From Halocafeteria seosinensis (Eukaryota), in the NCBI GenBank assembly GCA_001687465.1, contig LVLI01000190.1:62001-126000 (forward strand): a DNA stretch of 64,000 nt, written 5' to 3'. Below are positions 26,202 through 38,725 of this stretch, one piece after another. Every line of letters starts with the position of its first letter. The first letter of the stretch is position 1. Under the pieces are notes generated by a model. It made no database searches, was not told the DNA's origin, and saw nothing but the letters and a program-made list of their open reading frames with translations. The position numbers and the translations under genes were made by a program.

Positions 26202-27316
26202 CTATGCAGAATCTTCCGAGTCGTCGCTTTCTTGAGCAGCAAAGTTATCCAGTAACGTTTTTTGGACGTTGTTCATCAGTTTCTCCACATGCTTTACTAA
26301 TTGTTGGTCGTTACGTCCACGTTCAGTGGATTCATGGGCAAACTTGTCAGAGACTTCGCGAATCTCCCCCGTGATTCTTGAGTGCATTGATTCCTCTTCC
26401 AATCGCTGTGGGTATCTGATCGAGTAGTGAAAACTCTCTTCGGCAGCGACCGTTTGGCGATACCTGTCATCTTTCTCTACTTCTAACCTCTCTTGTGTCT
26501 TTTGAGCATGCTTCTCAATGTTGTCACGGATGACCTGCTCTCGAGCTAGCACTTTCTTGTTCTCCACTGCGAACGATTCATGTTGTGTTCGCATCTCCTC
26601 CGCAACGCGGCCGACCTGTCTTCTATATAAGTTTGGGACATAAGTCTTGTAAAATTTCTGGGCTTTCTCTTCGAGTTCACCTTTTCTGTCATTTTTTTTT
26701 ATTTTTTATTTTTTTTTTTTTTAAACAGCAATCGATACATTTTTGTTGCTTGGTAGGACTTAAGAAGTCAAAATTGGTGCACTTACTGAGTCGACAGTGG
26801 ACTAAGATGGTTATCATAATATTTTTGGAACTGCTCTTCAATCTCATTTTCTAGTTCTGCGGTTGTGGCTTTGAGTTGTTCCGCTAAAGAATTCCATACT
26901 TTCTTAAACTGCTCCTTCCTTTCCTTTTGCTCCATGTCTATCCGTTCGTTCTGCCAATTGATATTATTGCGAATTTCCTCCTGCACGTAGTCAATGGCAC
27001 GACGTGGCGAATACAGGGTATATGTTTTTGAAACCTAGACACCATTCAGGAGATCCTGGCCACTAACCGTCTTCCTCAAGAACTCTTGATTATGCTCCAC
27101 AGCTTGTATTCGGAATTCTTGCATACTCCCCACCATTTCTTCCTCCAATTGGACCACTTCATTTTCGTGCCGAAAAGCCTTAGATTCAGCTTGAGGACCA
27201 TGTGTCTGCGAGGCTTGTAGCGTGAGAGATGAGATTCAGTGCGATCGATTCATTTCTCCATCTTCACATACCACTTCGATTGGCCGCTGGTGCGGCGCTA
27301 CTATCGTTTGATTCAT
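26202..27316 (-). CDS. SF-assemblin/beta-giardin-like coiled-coil cytoskeletal protein, about 3 introns
   Basis: Continuous coiled coil after splicing. The C-terminus EIREVSDKFAHESTERGRNDQQLVKHVEKLMNNVQKTL resembles the SF-assemblin end (E..ARE..DD.IV.ALN.Y...LQ). Confidence 0.65.
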
Positions 27317-27845
27317 TTCTGTTCCTGTCCCTGTTCGGCTTTGCGACTGCACTCCAGACGGAAGACTCTCGAGACGCGCTGAGTAGTGATGAAAAGCTCG
27401 TTAGGCTTGCGAAAATGCTCCCTGTGTCTCGGGTCACCTATCAACAACTTCGGTTGCGAGACTCTCGTCCGGTGTTTCCTCGGGATTTCCGCGCAATTAG
27501 CCGACACAGCACTGGTGAGGGCAACGATACTACCAGTAGTATGTAATGAGTTTTCTGGGCTTCAAGATGTGCCATGCCACAACACAATGCTACGGATTCG
27601 GACGTAAATGGCTGCGACGCGCCAAATTGATGTTGGCTGCCAATCGAATAAACATTTCGTTGCATTTTGACAGCCAGCAAAACTTCAACATCCTCGTGGT
27701 TCCGAAGGTGGTTGTCTATGGAGCTCGTTTCGACCACATTGCGTATACGTCATTGGAGAAACTGTGGCACGCTAGTATACGGAAGACAATATAGATCAAA
27801 GAGGCACTTTTATTTGGGAAGTTTAGGGGACTTGCGGTAACGAAA

Positions 27846-30800
27846 ATGGAGTCCAAAGAGGACGACATTTACTCTGGTTTCGGGTATGTTGTGACGGCCG
27901 TTTACCTTGCTATGGAGCTTTATGCTGCGTACTCGACACCACCGCGACTCGTACACCTTTGCTTTGATTCTTGTTTCACAGAGTGGAAAGCCCTCGTGGA
28001 GGTGAAGAGGGCCAGGGAGGCCAACATAATCAATCTCAGGGGTCTGGAGCACCCGGTTCGGCGGCTGCATTGACCAATAATCCTTTTGCTCGTATGGCCC
28101 CAGGGGGTGGGAATGTAAATAATCCCGTTCGTGGGCAAACGGGTGCGAGGATGACGGGAAGAATGATGTCCGGAAGAATGACAGGACAAGGGCAAGGGAC
28201 CGACTCGGCACGGCCGTTGACTTCCGTCAAGGGAGCAGGGTACCAGGTAAGCTATTTGAATTCACGAAATCACCTAGCGTGGCCGAACTGTTTTGTCTCG
28301 CCCACCGCAGTCAAAGCCGGGGACATCGTCGGGAAGACAATCGTTTGATCCCATGGGACAACAAGCGTTGGGCCCAGCTCCTCCTCTCGAGGAAAAGAGT
28401 GAAAACAGTCCCGAAGATAAGGCACGGGAAATGGAGCAACGAGTCAATACGTTGATAGAATCGTCTGCAGAAGCGTCGGCAAGAGGTGATTCTGTATTAG
28501 CATTGGAGAGAGCAAAGGAAGCAGGAAAGCGAGAGAGACAGTTGTGCAAATTTAGGTATGTGTGCCGTGAGTTCAGACCGGATGTCAGCGGTGGGCTTGT
28601 TCTGTACCTCGGTAGTCCTTGGCTCCATGCAGAGAGTCCCAGAACCTGATGGAAAATATGAACATTGATTTAACCTACTGCGTTATTTTTAATCTCGCGA
28701 ACGCCGTACGTGTGGTGGTCTATGGAGCACGTTTCTGGTCATTAGTGTATGCATCTTCCCATCGCCCGCAGTACGCCGCAAACGGAATGTATCAAGAGGC
28801 CATTAACAGTTATACGTTGATCGTCAAAAATAAAAGTTACCCCACAGCTGGCCGTTTAAGAGTCAATATGGGGAATATATATTTCAATCAGAAGTTGTTT
28901 ACGAAGGCAATAACGCAATATCAGATGGCTTTGGATCAGCTGCCCAACATCGGCCCAGAAGAAGGAGCCTACACCGAAGTCAGGCTTCGAATGATGCGCA
29001 ACATTGGCGTAGCAAATATTAAGATGGGTAGATACGCAGAAGCTACTCAAGCTTTGGAAAATGTAATGCGGGAAAGGGCTGGTAGGTTTACATCTATAAC
29101 TTCCGGGCGGTTTTCATTCACTGGCATTTGTGTGTCCGCTTTAGTAGCAGATTTTCAAACCGCATTTGACTTACTACTATGCTACTATGCAAGAGGAGAA
29201 ACGGAGCAGATGAAAAAATGTTTCCAGAGGCTCCTACAAATACCGCTTCCTTCAGATGGAGACGTACGTGTACACCAGCATCGATATGGATCTTCCAATT
29301 GCAATTGTTGAACCATTATTTGGTTTTATTCAGGATGATGATGAAAGCAAATTAGTGGACGACGATGACGATAACGACACCGTGAAAATGCAAGATGACC
29401 CACTGAAGGAAGAAATACGAAAACGCCAGCGCAAAGCAAAAGAATACATATTAACTGGTGAGTAGCAAAGTATTTGGCACAACGCTTGCGACTCGAAATA
29501 AAAGTGTTCTTTCATGTCCGGCAGCTTCGAAATTAATCGCACCCGCATTGTTTTCGGAGGACAAATGGCAGCAGGGTTATGACTGGGTAATAGATCTTTT
29601 GCGCATGGACTACGATGTTATTGCAAGCGAAATGATGATTGTAAAGGCTCTAAAATATTTGAAATACAAGAGCTTCGACAAGGTACGCTTTGTTAGACAC
29701 GCCTTCGATAGTGGTTGTGCTACGCGAACTCTACGTATTCTCAGGCAATCGAGGAACTGAAGGCTTTTGAAAAGAAGGATAAACACTTGAAAGCCAAGGC
29801 TGCGGTGAATTTAGCGTTTCTTTATTTTCTTGAAGGAGATAGCGAACAGGTAGAGCTCACGTTTGGTACCGATTTTGCTTGTTCCGAACGTGCACACTGG
29901 ATTGAGTTTGTTACAGGCTGATAAATATGCCAATCTTGCTGTTCGGCACGACCGGTATAATGCGAGAGCTTTAGTAAACCTGGGAAATTGTTGTGTCGAC
30001 CAGGTATGTCTTTTACGAAACTAGAAGCCACAACGAAATCTTTATTGCGCGGTTTCACATTGACGTTACAGGGAGATCTCGAGCGAGCCAAGGAGTTATT
30101 TCTCGAAGCTATAGGCGTAGAGGCCGACTGTGTTGAAGCTATCTTTAATCTAGGTTTGGTGAACAAGCAACTCGGCTACAGCTCTGACGCCTTACAAGCG
30201 TTCGAGAAACTACATACAATTGTGCCTAGCTCTCCAGAGGTAATATACCAACTTGGTAACCTTCACGACCTCATGGAAAACTCAGAGGAAGCTATAAAAT
30301 ACTTTAGCTACTTGCTATCGAAAGTACCATCTGACCCAGGCGCGTTGGCTAGACTGGGCCAGATATATAGCAGGGAAGAAGATGAAACGCAGGCATTCCA
30401 CTATCACAGTGAGAGCTACAGATTCTACCCCACTAATTTGGACGTCATTTCATGGCTGGGGATATGGTAGGTTGCTGTACGTATCGGTTCCTTAAACCTA
30501 CAGTAATATCTAGTGTTACTTTTGCCATGTATTCCAGGTTTGTCAAGTCCGAGTTGTATGAGAAAGCGATAGGATTCTTTGAACGAGCCGCTGAAGTTCA
30601 GCCGCAGGAAGTTAAGTGGAGATTGATGGTTGCATCGTGCTACCGAAGAATGGAAGACTATGAGAAGGTGGGCAACATTAAGACCTAACTACAATAGAGG
30701 GTGTGTATTTATCTCGCTTGTTCGTACAGGCGTTGGAAAAATACGTTGAAATCCACGAGCAATTTCCCGAAAATGTAGAGTGTTTGTCTTACTTGGTTGC

Positions 30801-31149
30801 ACTCTGTAGGGATCTAAATAGGAACTACCAAGAATATGAGAATAAGCTTGTTAAGCTTGAGAGAAACCAAGCTTATCAGACACAGGCACTCCAGACTCAA
30901 GAAGAAAACCAGCAGCAAAACCAGATCCAGAACAATTACGGCGACAGATACGCTGCTGCACGCGACGCAGAAGCCTCGTTCGACTCAAGCAGAGATCAGG
31001 AACAAAGTGGTGGTATGGGTTCTAGCACAGACAAATATGCTGCCCCCGAGCTAGGGTTCTCGCCACAGAACAGGGAGAACCACGCCAAAGAAACGGGCGA
31101 TGAGGATGACTTCGCCGACGCTGATATAGACGGTCTGTTGGCAGACTAA
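27846..31149 (+). CDS. IFT88: Intraflagellar transport protein 88 (TPR), about 13 introns
   Basis: ARPLTSVKGAGY, ALERAKEAGKRERQLCK, NIDLTYCVIFNLAN, GRLRVNMGNIYF, EAIGVEADCVEAIFNLGL, YPTNLDVISWLG, EVKWRLMVASCYRR. Confidence 0.97.
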
Positions 31150-31210
31150 ATAATAGACATTTCTATCTCTATGGATTCAAGGTAGACATAGGGAGGACAA
31201 CCTTCGAACA

Positions 31211-31527
31211 CGAGATTAGCCCTGGTGCTCGAAAAGTGCCCCTTCCTCGATTGTTGTTTTTCCGGTAGTCTGACAAAGGACGCCCTCTATTCTATCATTC
31301 GCTTCCTTCCAGCAGAGTGAAGAATGCGATGTGATCTTCTGTTCGCTCCCAACGAGTGTGAGAGAGCGTGTTCGAGATTAGCCCTGGTGCTCGAAAAGTG
31401 CCCTTTCCTCGATTGTTCTTTCCAGTTTTTCCGGTAGTCTGACAAAGGACGCGCTCTATTCTATCATTCGCTTCCTTCCGGCAGAGTGAAGAATGCGATG
31501 TGATCTTCTGCTCGCTCCCAACGAGTG
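31211..31527. repeat. Near-identical tandem duplication (31211-31358 and 31373-31527)
   Basis: Two copies of 148 and 155 nt that differ by a 7-nt indel and a few substitutions, lying between the convergent IFT88 and GPCR-PIPK stop codons. Confidence 0.95.
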
Positions 31528-31554
31528 GAGTGGGAAAGAAACATGCCGTTCTTT

Positions 31555-34500
31555 TCAATCTTCCTCTTCCTCTTCTGTTTCTTCTACGCTGTTTGGATCG
31601 TTAAACATCGTTGTGGCCATTGAAACGAAGCGATCGGCGTACTTAGTGGGATCCTGACTGGAAACATCGATAGTCCAAGACGCGTGCCGGAGTATCTTCA
31701 TGCCTTTTTCTAGTCTCTTAAAAAGGTCATACGGCTGTAGAATATCAATCAAACCGATTTGTACTAGTGCGCGTTGCTCCTCGATTTGAACGTCTGGGGA
31801 TTGTTCTGTGTCAGAATCCTGATGAACAGATTCGTTCTTCTCAGCGGCTACCTCAGCTTTTATCTTTGAGGCTGTTGTGACATTTCTGCGCAGGAGTGCA
31901 GGGATTACACTGTAGGAAGACCACTGAGTTATAGACTTAGGGGTATCACTTTCCAGCGTATGAGAGGGAGACTGACAGCCCCCATTCAATCGGTGCGACG
32001 GAGCAAGAGGCGACGCTCGGCGAGGTTTACCACTTCCATTAGTGTTAAAGTGGCGTATTAGATCCATATTCGTATGCACTGTTGCATTCGTATTTGACCC
32101 TCGCTTCCGTGGCCTTGGTTTTGCCCGTCCGTTCCGTTCTTCAGTGCTGTTCTTGTTATTGCGATTCACCAACTTCTGTATATGGTTTGCGACAGTGGTT
32201 GAAAGAGAGGTTATCTTTTTCACAGTTACCGGAAGCGTTTTCTGGTCCAGTATCTTGCCATCATCCGGGGCTGTCGGGCGTTCTTCTACAGGCATGATGT
32301 TCACAAGCAGACTGTAATCCATGAGCCCAAATTGCTGGAGGAGTTTTACATCCTCCCGTAACTGCTGTAGCACATTTCCGAAAGGCGAGGTCGTCTCGCC
32401 CGAATGAGGATGAGCAAGCTCTCGCGGCGGTAGAAGGAAGCCTTCAGGGTGAATTTGCTTGAAATCTTCATCTTGATAAAGAACGCGCCGGTATAACCGT
32501 GGCGTTTGCGAGCTCACTTCGATGCTTTCACTCACCCGCTTCATTCGCCCAACACTAGATCCCTTCAAATCGTACGTTTCCCATTTGTTGGAGAACCGTA
32601 TACAGGGAAATGCATTACCCATAAGAATGAAATAATTTTTCATGTTTCCGTTGGTCAGTTCGAAGCACCCATAAAACCTACACAACAGTGAGTCGGGAAA
32701 TCTTTTCAAATGGGCAATATAGTTCGGTAAAAAACTGCACAATGTTTCTACTTCGTGGGAGGTGATTGTTTTGACCATAAACCGTTGGTTGTACGACCTG
32801 CAGAAAAACGCCGAAGATGCTCCCTCACTGAAATGGGCACGAATTTGCCCTTTCTGGAGGCGGACGGGGTCAAGTTCTTTGATAACCTCGTCTTCGCCTA
32901 TGCCCGCGAGAGACCTCAAGTAACTGAAGGAATCATCCTCAAAAGATCGAATGTGGAAAGTTTCAGTTGTCGTCTTACTGGACCCATCTGAAACCTCAGT
33001 CGAAGCCGTAGCGTAGCGCCCCGTGTGCGAAGAGGAGCGCGCCCTGGTGTGGCTCTGATCGTCGCGAGCTTCTGAGCTAAAGTCCCCCACTGATAATGTT
33101 CCTCCATCTTGCATTCTCTGTGCTCTCAAAACTTCCCTATATAAATTTTCATGGCTTGAAGGTTTCGTATGCCGTAGCGAATAGGTGCTCCCAACACTGG
33201 ACACAGTAGAAGGAGATACATCGCCGCTATGTTCGCCGGGGTTGGCGGTATTCTTCTGAAAGTTGATCAACAGTTTACACTTCTTCTTGATACACGTTGG
33301 ACGCTTGATGAGTGCCGATAACCGCCCCTTCTTGCCTTTCGAGCTTCCACCACTTTCGGAACCTTGATCCGTTCTCGAACTGTAGGAAATCGAAGGAGCT
33401 TCGGCAGACGAGTAAGGCTCTAAACTGTAACCGAGCCGTTCAATATTCCCATCATCAGCTTCAGCATCAGACTCGCTATCGGAATAGGCAGTTATTGCCT
33501 CGCTAGAGGTGGTTCTGTCTCCGTCACCTGAAACACTATTACGCTTTTTGGAAAAACCAAACGTAAGGAAGACTTGGCACAGCCCCGACAACATGCACAT
33601 CCCAGATTCCAAACGCAACCCAGATCCCATATCCCAAGCTTGCCCAGTAGATCCAATTAGCCGCTTTGATACTACGGACATCGCTTTCCATTTCCCATCG
33701 GACGATTCTATCCAAGAGTCTTCCTCATGCCCTTCCTGATTCGGCTCTGACTCGGGAGTCTCAGGAATAGTTTGATCCATCGCTTCAGCGGCGCTTGTTG
33801 TCGCCATGGAATTGTACACTCCGTTGGTAGCAGGAAGAGAATCATGCTCAAGCAGACTAACGTTCAAATCATTTTCAGCTGTTCTTGACTCCGGATTCTT
33901 AATTGATAAACTGCTCACATTCTTCATCGAAATACTGTTCTGCATATCTGATGTTGCCTTCGCCAATGATCGCGGAGATAATTTCGGACTACCAGGTACC
34001 GAATCCTTCTCATCCCAGTATGGTACTCCGAGAGAATGGTAATCGTTATAAAAAGATTCATTTCTTCCATACTCATTGAAAACTGCACCTGTGTCCGCAC
34101 TTACCGATCTCTCAGACCGCATGGAGGCGGAAGAATGTCGAGGGAGTATTCCACCTCCTGTATCCGGTTCGGTGATACGGGGGACTAAGAAGTGGAATCG
34201 TACTAGGCCAGTTTTCCTTAAGAACAGTAGCCATGCACCGGGCTCTGACAAACGCACCATGGCGAAAACCGCGGCTTGTCCGGAAGCTGCGTTCAATAGA
34301 AAATGTGGATAGAAACTACTTCTCATCACCAGCAGACAACTATTGGGGATCATTACATACTTGCAATTGCATCAACAATAGTGATGCCCTTATTCCGATC
34401 TTCTTGATCCCAGATATAGTGGGTAGCAGGCCACAACCACAGTAGCACGTAAGACACTACATACGCGCTATGGCGTGTGCGCATCGCCTTTCTCAGCTCC

Positions 34501-35620
34501 ACGGTTGCTTCAGTTCCTCGGTTAAGTCGAACAAAGGCATAAACTAACGATCCTATCGCCAAAACTAGAGACAAGTACAAGAAAACGTCAAATGTCTGCA
34601 AACGGGACAAGAAGTGGGTGGGTCTAACACCAAACCAGAAACGCGGACACTTACCCCAAGATTGTCAGTGTCTGCTCGTATCCAGCAAATATAGTCTGAA
34701 GAATCTTTATGAACATCAAGGAAAATGGCTGCCACTGTGGTGGTGACACACAGGGTCCACACAATTACGTGGTAAACACGACGAAACGCCTGAGTGTTCC
34801 TTAAAGGGTTCCGCAAAACGCAGACGAAGTCAAACATCCAACACTGGAATTCACCAGGAATCAATAAGATAAGTGAGAAGAAGTGGATGACAAAACATAG
34901 CCGGATCCTCGGCAAAAACAAACTACTTACTGAGTTCCACCCGATTACCGCCATTGCGAAAAATTGTTCGTACGCTGCTGCTGTTCTACAGCCGTCGTCT
35001 AGAATATGAAAGCTTCGGCGAGCGTCTCCCTCATCCAGCTCGAACGCTAAAGCACTAACAGTAAATTTCAAAGTAAACAACAAATCACACACTGTGATAA
35101 TCTGAATCATTGTTGAGGCGTGTTCCCAGCGCAGCGATTTCGTCGTGAAGTATAGCCAAGTGATAACGGACGCTCCGATCAAAGATAATATCCCCAGAGA
35201 AAGATAGAAGGGTGCAACCATCTCGAAAGGCACTTGATCATTGCTTAGTTTCTCGTCATGCTTCCCGAGTCCCGGCGTGGGCCTTGGGGTATGTGTTGCT
35301 CCTGGAGCATTCGCTAGCAACTCCCGTGAGCCCTGATGCGGGTGGCTCCGGTCCTCTGCAGATTTGCTCGAGACATCCACCCACCACCGGCCTTCTAACG
35401 ACCTTAGATTCTTGGACGGATGAGCACCACTCGATAGGGTAGTCGCGTAGGCGCCAGGGAAACAAGTTTGTAGGGTGTATTCACCCAAGGTCACGAGCAC
35501 TCCAACCACAACCATAAGACACACGCGCCGGTGTTTAGCTGGACCAAACACCCCAATCCTAGCGCGGCTGCCATTCCAACAGTGCGGACAGCCATCTGGG
35601 GGCTTGAATTGCCCCGCCAT
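31555..35620 (-). CDS. GPCR-PIPK fusion: 7TM receptor domain plus phosphatidylinositol-phosphate kinase domain, 3 introns
   Basis: 7TM segments in ORFs 34565-35620 and 34353-34610 splice into ORF 31555-34353. PIPK motifs EGASSAFFCRS..RFMVKT, YDLKGS, LMDYSLL, IGLIDILQPY. The start codon is uncertain. Confidence 0.9.
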
Positions 35621-36025
35621 CCTCTATGAGGCAGGGAAACGTGCCGTATTCCGAACTGTGTCTCTGCCGTCTAGCCAACTAAAACCTCAACAACATCATG
35701 AAGAAGCCGTTTTCTCCCCCAATAGCAAGTATCATAAGTAGACAAGCCCTATAGGTGGTCAAACTATATACAATCAACGAGACAAAGGTTGCTTTACACC
35801 ATGAATGGCCGGACTTGGGAGTGAATAGCAACTGAAAAAGATCAAAGTAGCAGGTTTGATTGTCCGGTTTCGCGATCACGAGAATCTCGTGACGAGATCC
35901 TCCAAAGCCCTAGTACCCTGCTTTTACGAGTCCACTAACGGTACATGGAAGGGGAATGTAGTTGCAGTACACTATATGACTCATGGATACTTCGTGGAGG
36001 TCATTGAGAGTGTGCATAGTGTGGT

Positions 36026-36584
36026 ATGACGTCAACAACGGGAGGTGGAGGTACCATGGGCGACCCGGAATTGATGCATTATAGAGTTAAGCGAGGGAGT
36101 GAGACCATATTTTTGCTCGTGGAACCCTCGGACACTTTTGGAAAGCTAAGATCAAAAGTATGGACTCTGACTTGTGATAGTGCGGCTCTCCCTGGACGTG
36201 AAAGAGGCTGTCATTTGAACGCCATGCAGGTATCCACAATAGTAGGCAAATCGTTGGGAGAGGTACGGCTCATAGGACCTGATAAGGTAAGGTCTAAATT
36301 CGCATCTGCGAATCTACGGATTCCCACGCCATCACCTTTTGGACTGTGTCATCTGGATACAGAAAACGGTGCTCGAAGATGATACGTTAGTCAGCGACAA
36401 AATGATCGAGGATGACAGCATACTATATTTAGTATATGCAAAGGGAAAAGAATTTGAAAAGCCTTTCGTCTCAGGTGCGGCGTTTTCAGAATATCAAACG
36501 GTTCCTCTATCTGAGTTAACAGAGTGTGCTTTTTTGAGTTGTACAGATTCGACGGAGGATCGCGCCGGTTCTGCAAACAGCTAA
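36026..36584 (+). CDS. Small ubiquitin-like protein (Elongin-B-like), 3 introns
   Basis: Spliced HYRVKRGSETIFLLVEPSDTFGKLRSK|VSTIVGKSLGEVRLIGPDK|KTVLEDDTLVSDKMIEDDSILYLVY fits a ubiquitin fold. Confidence 0.75.
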
Positions 36585-38005
36585 CTCCTGCTGACCTCCC
36601 CGAACGCGCAACGTGTAGAGGAATTATAATGTGGAAACAAGAACACATCACACGGGTACCAGCTGAAGTATCGTAGGAAGAGCAAGGGGTAGCAATTCAC
36701 ACAAGTGAGCTACTCGTCTATGCGAACTGACCCTCTAAGACAGATAAGCGACATGCTCGACAACCCAAGTCGGCTTAGAAATAATTGCGACGACAATTTT
36801 TGTCTATGCAAATAATCGTGAACCACATTCTTTATCTTTTGGTAGACTGCGAAGCAACAGCGATATACACATGCACTTCTTTAATTTGCACGGGCGATGC
36901 AGCCTAGCCCCAGTGTCACACTGGCAGTGTGGAACGAAACAGCACTCTGCCGCAGGAATAGTTAACGCTTCAGTATCCTCTCCCGGTGTCTTCCTCCGCG
37001 GCCCAGCAGGTGTGACGGATGGTTTCCGGAACGAAGAGAACTGCCCCCCAAGCCTAACCAGCGCAGCCATAAAACATCAAACTATTCCACATTATGTTCC
37101 TAGTATTACCCGCTGCTCTCATGGATGCAATTATTCAGGAAGCAGTCGGTGTGTATGGTAGCATGCTTAGGCTGCTGTATCCACTGGTTCCCTGTATTGC
37201 GCCACGCTTTGTGACTCTACTACACGGCAAAGTCTTCTGAATGGGTCAGTGAAACCAATAGGGCGCATGCTCAACAAACAGCTCTTCTCTACCTTCATTT
37301 TAAACCTGGAAATGCTAGCCTCAATTACTGAAAAGTCCGAAAACTGAGAGCTTCTAGAACTATTTACGGCAATCACTGGCGACATTTTGGCGTTAGGACC
37401 CACTGTTTCCCCTCAGCTTCCAAGAGCAGTATACCGTCCATGTCCAGCCTCGAATAGACAAAGAGACTACCCAAAGTTCGTTGATGCGATGTCTCTGAAA
37501 GCCAAATACTTCCGCAATTGACACTTCCTACTCCGCGCGTCCAGTACCGGCGGAAGGCGCGAAACTTACAGATATTCGGTTGTTCCGGATTGATCCACTG
37601 CGTCCGGATCCCGTGTCAGTCTTGGACACGTAAAGATCTGGTGTCCCTGGCGAATTGTTTGCATCACAGGAAAGTGCTGCACCTGCGCAGTATCTGCCAA
37701 TAGAGTCAAATAAAATTTCTCCCTAGCGTGACATTTGTTCTTGGCAAGAACAGCGATCCTTTTGGCGCGCCATATCCCTATAACTACCAGTTGTACAGTA
37801 TTACACATGATTTCATGGACAACCAAATGCGCGAAAGTCTTTGTACAACTCCCGAGTACTGTATCCTCCCAAATAATGCCGCAGCACGGCCTTTATTGAG
37901 TCATCACGCATTCTACGGTTTGGAGCACTGCCCCAGCCCATGTTGAACTCTTCTTAGCCATTTCCAACAACTGTCGGATCCAGCAGTCCATTTTACGATC
38001 TCTAC

Positions 38006-38725
38006 ATGGCCTCAGCGGAAACAGGTACACGGCCTCCGTCTAAGAATCTGAACCAAGCATGCATCCCTTGCGCTCAAAGCAAGAGAAAATGCGATGGACA
38101 TAGGCCATGTCAGGTAAGTGGCAACCGCGGAGTACACAGTATTCCGCCAAACATTTTTTCTTCAACTAGAGCCTCAAAACACGTGCAGAGATGCAGAAGA
38201 CTAGGCAGAGAGTCGGATTGTGTGGACCGTCCACCTAAGAAACGCTCTCGAGACCCTTCGGACCTGATCACATACGCTTGTAAAGCTGTACACGTGCTAC
38301 CGGAAAACCATCGAGAAGGCGATGTCTCGCTGGTCGATCTGGTTGCGGAACCGAAATTATTGACCCTGCCAGCAGAAAGTGCGGCATCCACTGGAGAAGC
38401 GGTTGCTTCTCATAGCATATTCCACTGTTCTGAGCATTTTCCAAGGCCTGCTCTTCAGTCGGAAAGCGGAAATCAGACGGATCAGACGGGATCGTTAGCA
38501 CGGGTTACTTACCCCATGCACAACATTCCTTCAACGTTAACGCCGGAAGACAGCAAATCTAAAGAGCCACAAGACAACAACTTTGAAGTGGGGATGCAAT
38601 CGCTCACCAACACAGGTGGGAATGTGGACATCCACTCGCCCGTCGGACTCAGCGAACTCTTGGAGCAAGAAGAGAGTCCTCAAGTGACTGATACACCGGT
38701 GGAAGAGCCAGAGTGCTTCAGTTGA
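38006..38725 (+). CDS. Zn(II)2Cys6 binuclear-cluster transcription factor, paralog 1 (intron 38114-38188)
   Basis: ACIPCAQSKRKCDGHRPCQ|RCRRLGRESDC has six Cys with GAL4-type spacing; acidic C-terminus. Confidence 0.88.
   Translation: MASAETGTRPPSKNLNQACIPCAQSKRKCDGHRPCQVSGNRGVHSIPPNIFSSTRASKHVQRCRRLGRESDCVDRPPKKRSRDPSDLITYACKAVHVLPENHREGDVSLVDLVAEPKLLTLPAESAASTGEAVASHSIFHCSEHFPRPALQSESGNQTDQTGSLARVTYPMHNIPSTLTPEDSKSKEPQDNNFEVGMQSLTNTGGNVDIHSPVGLSELLEQEESPQVTDTPVEEPECFS

Noticed and set aside
36600..38000. Short ORFs and an intron-like GTAAGT...TTTCAG on the - strand
   Set aside because: No spliced frame gave a long or recognisable protein; left unannotated.
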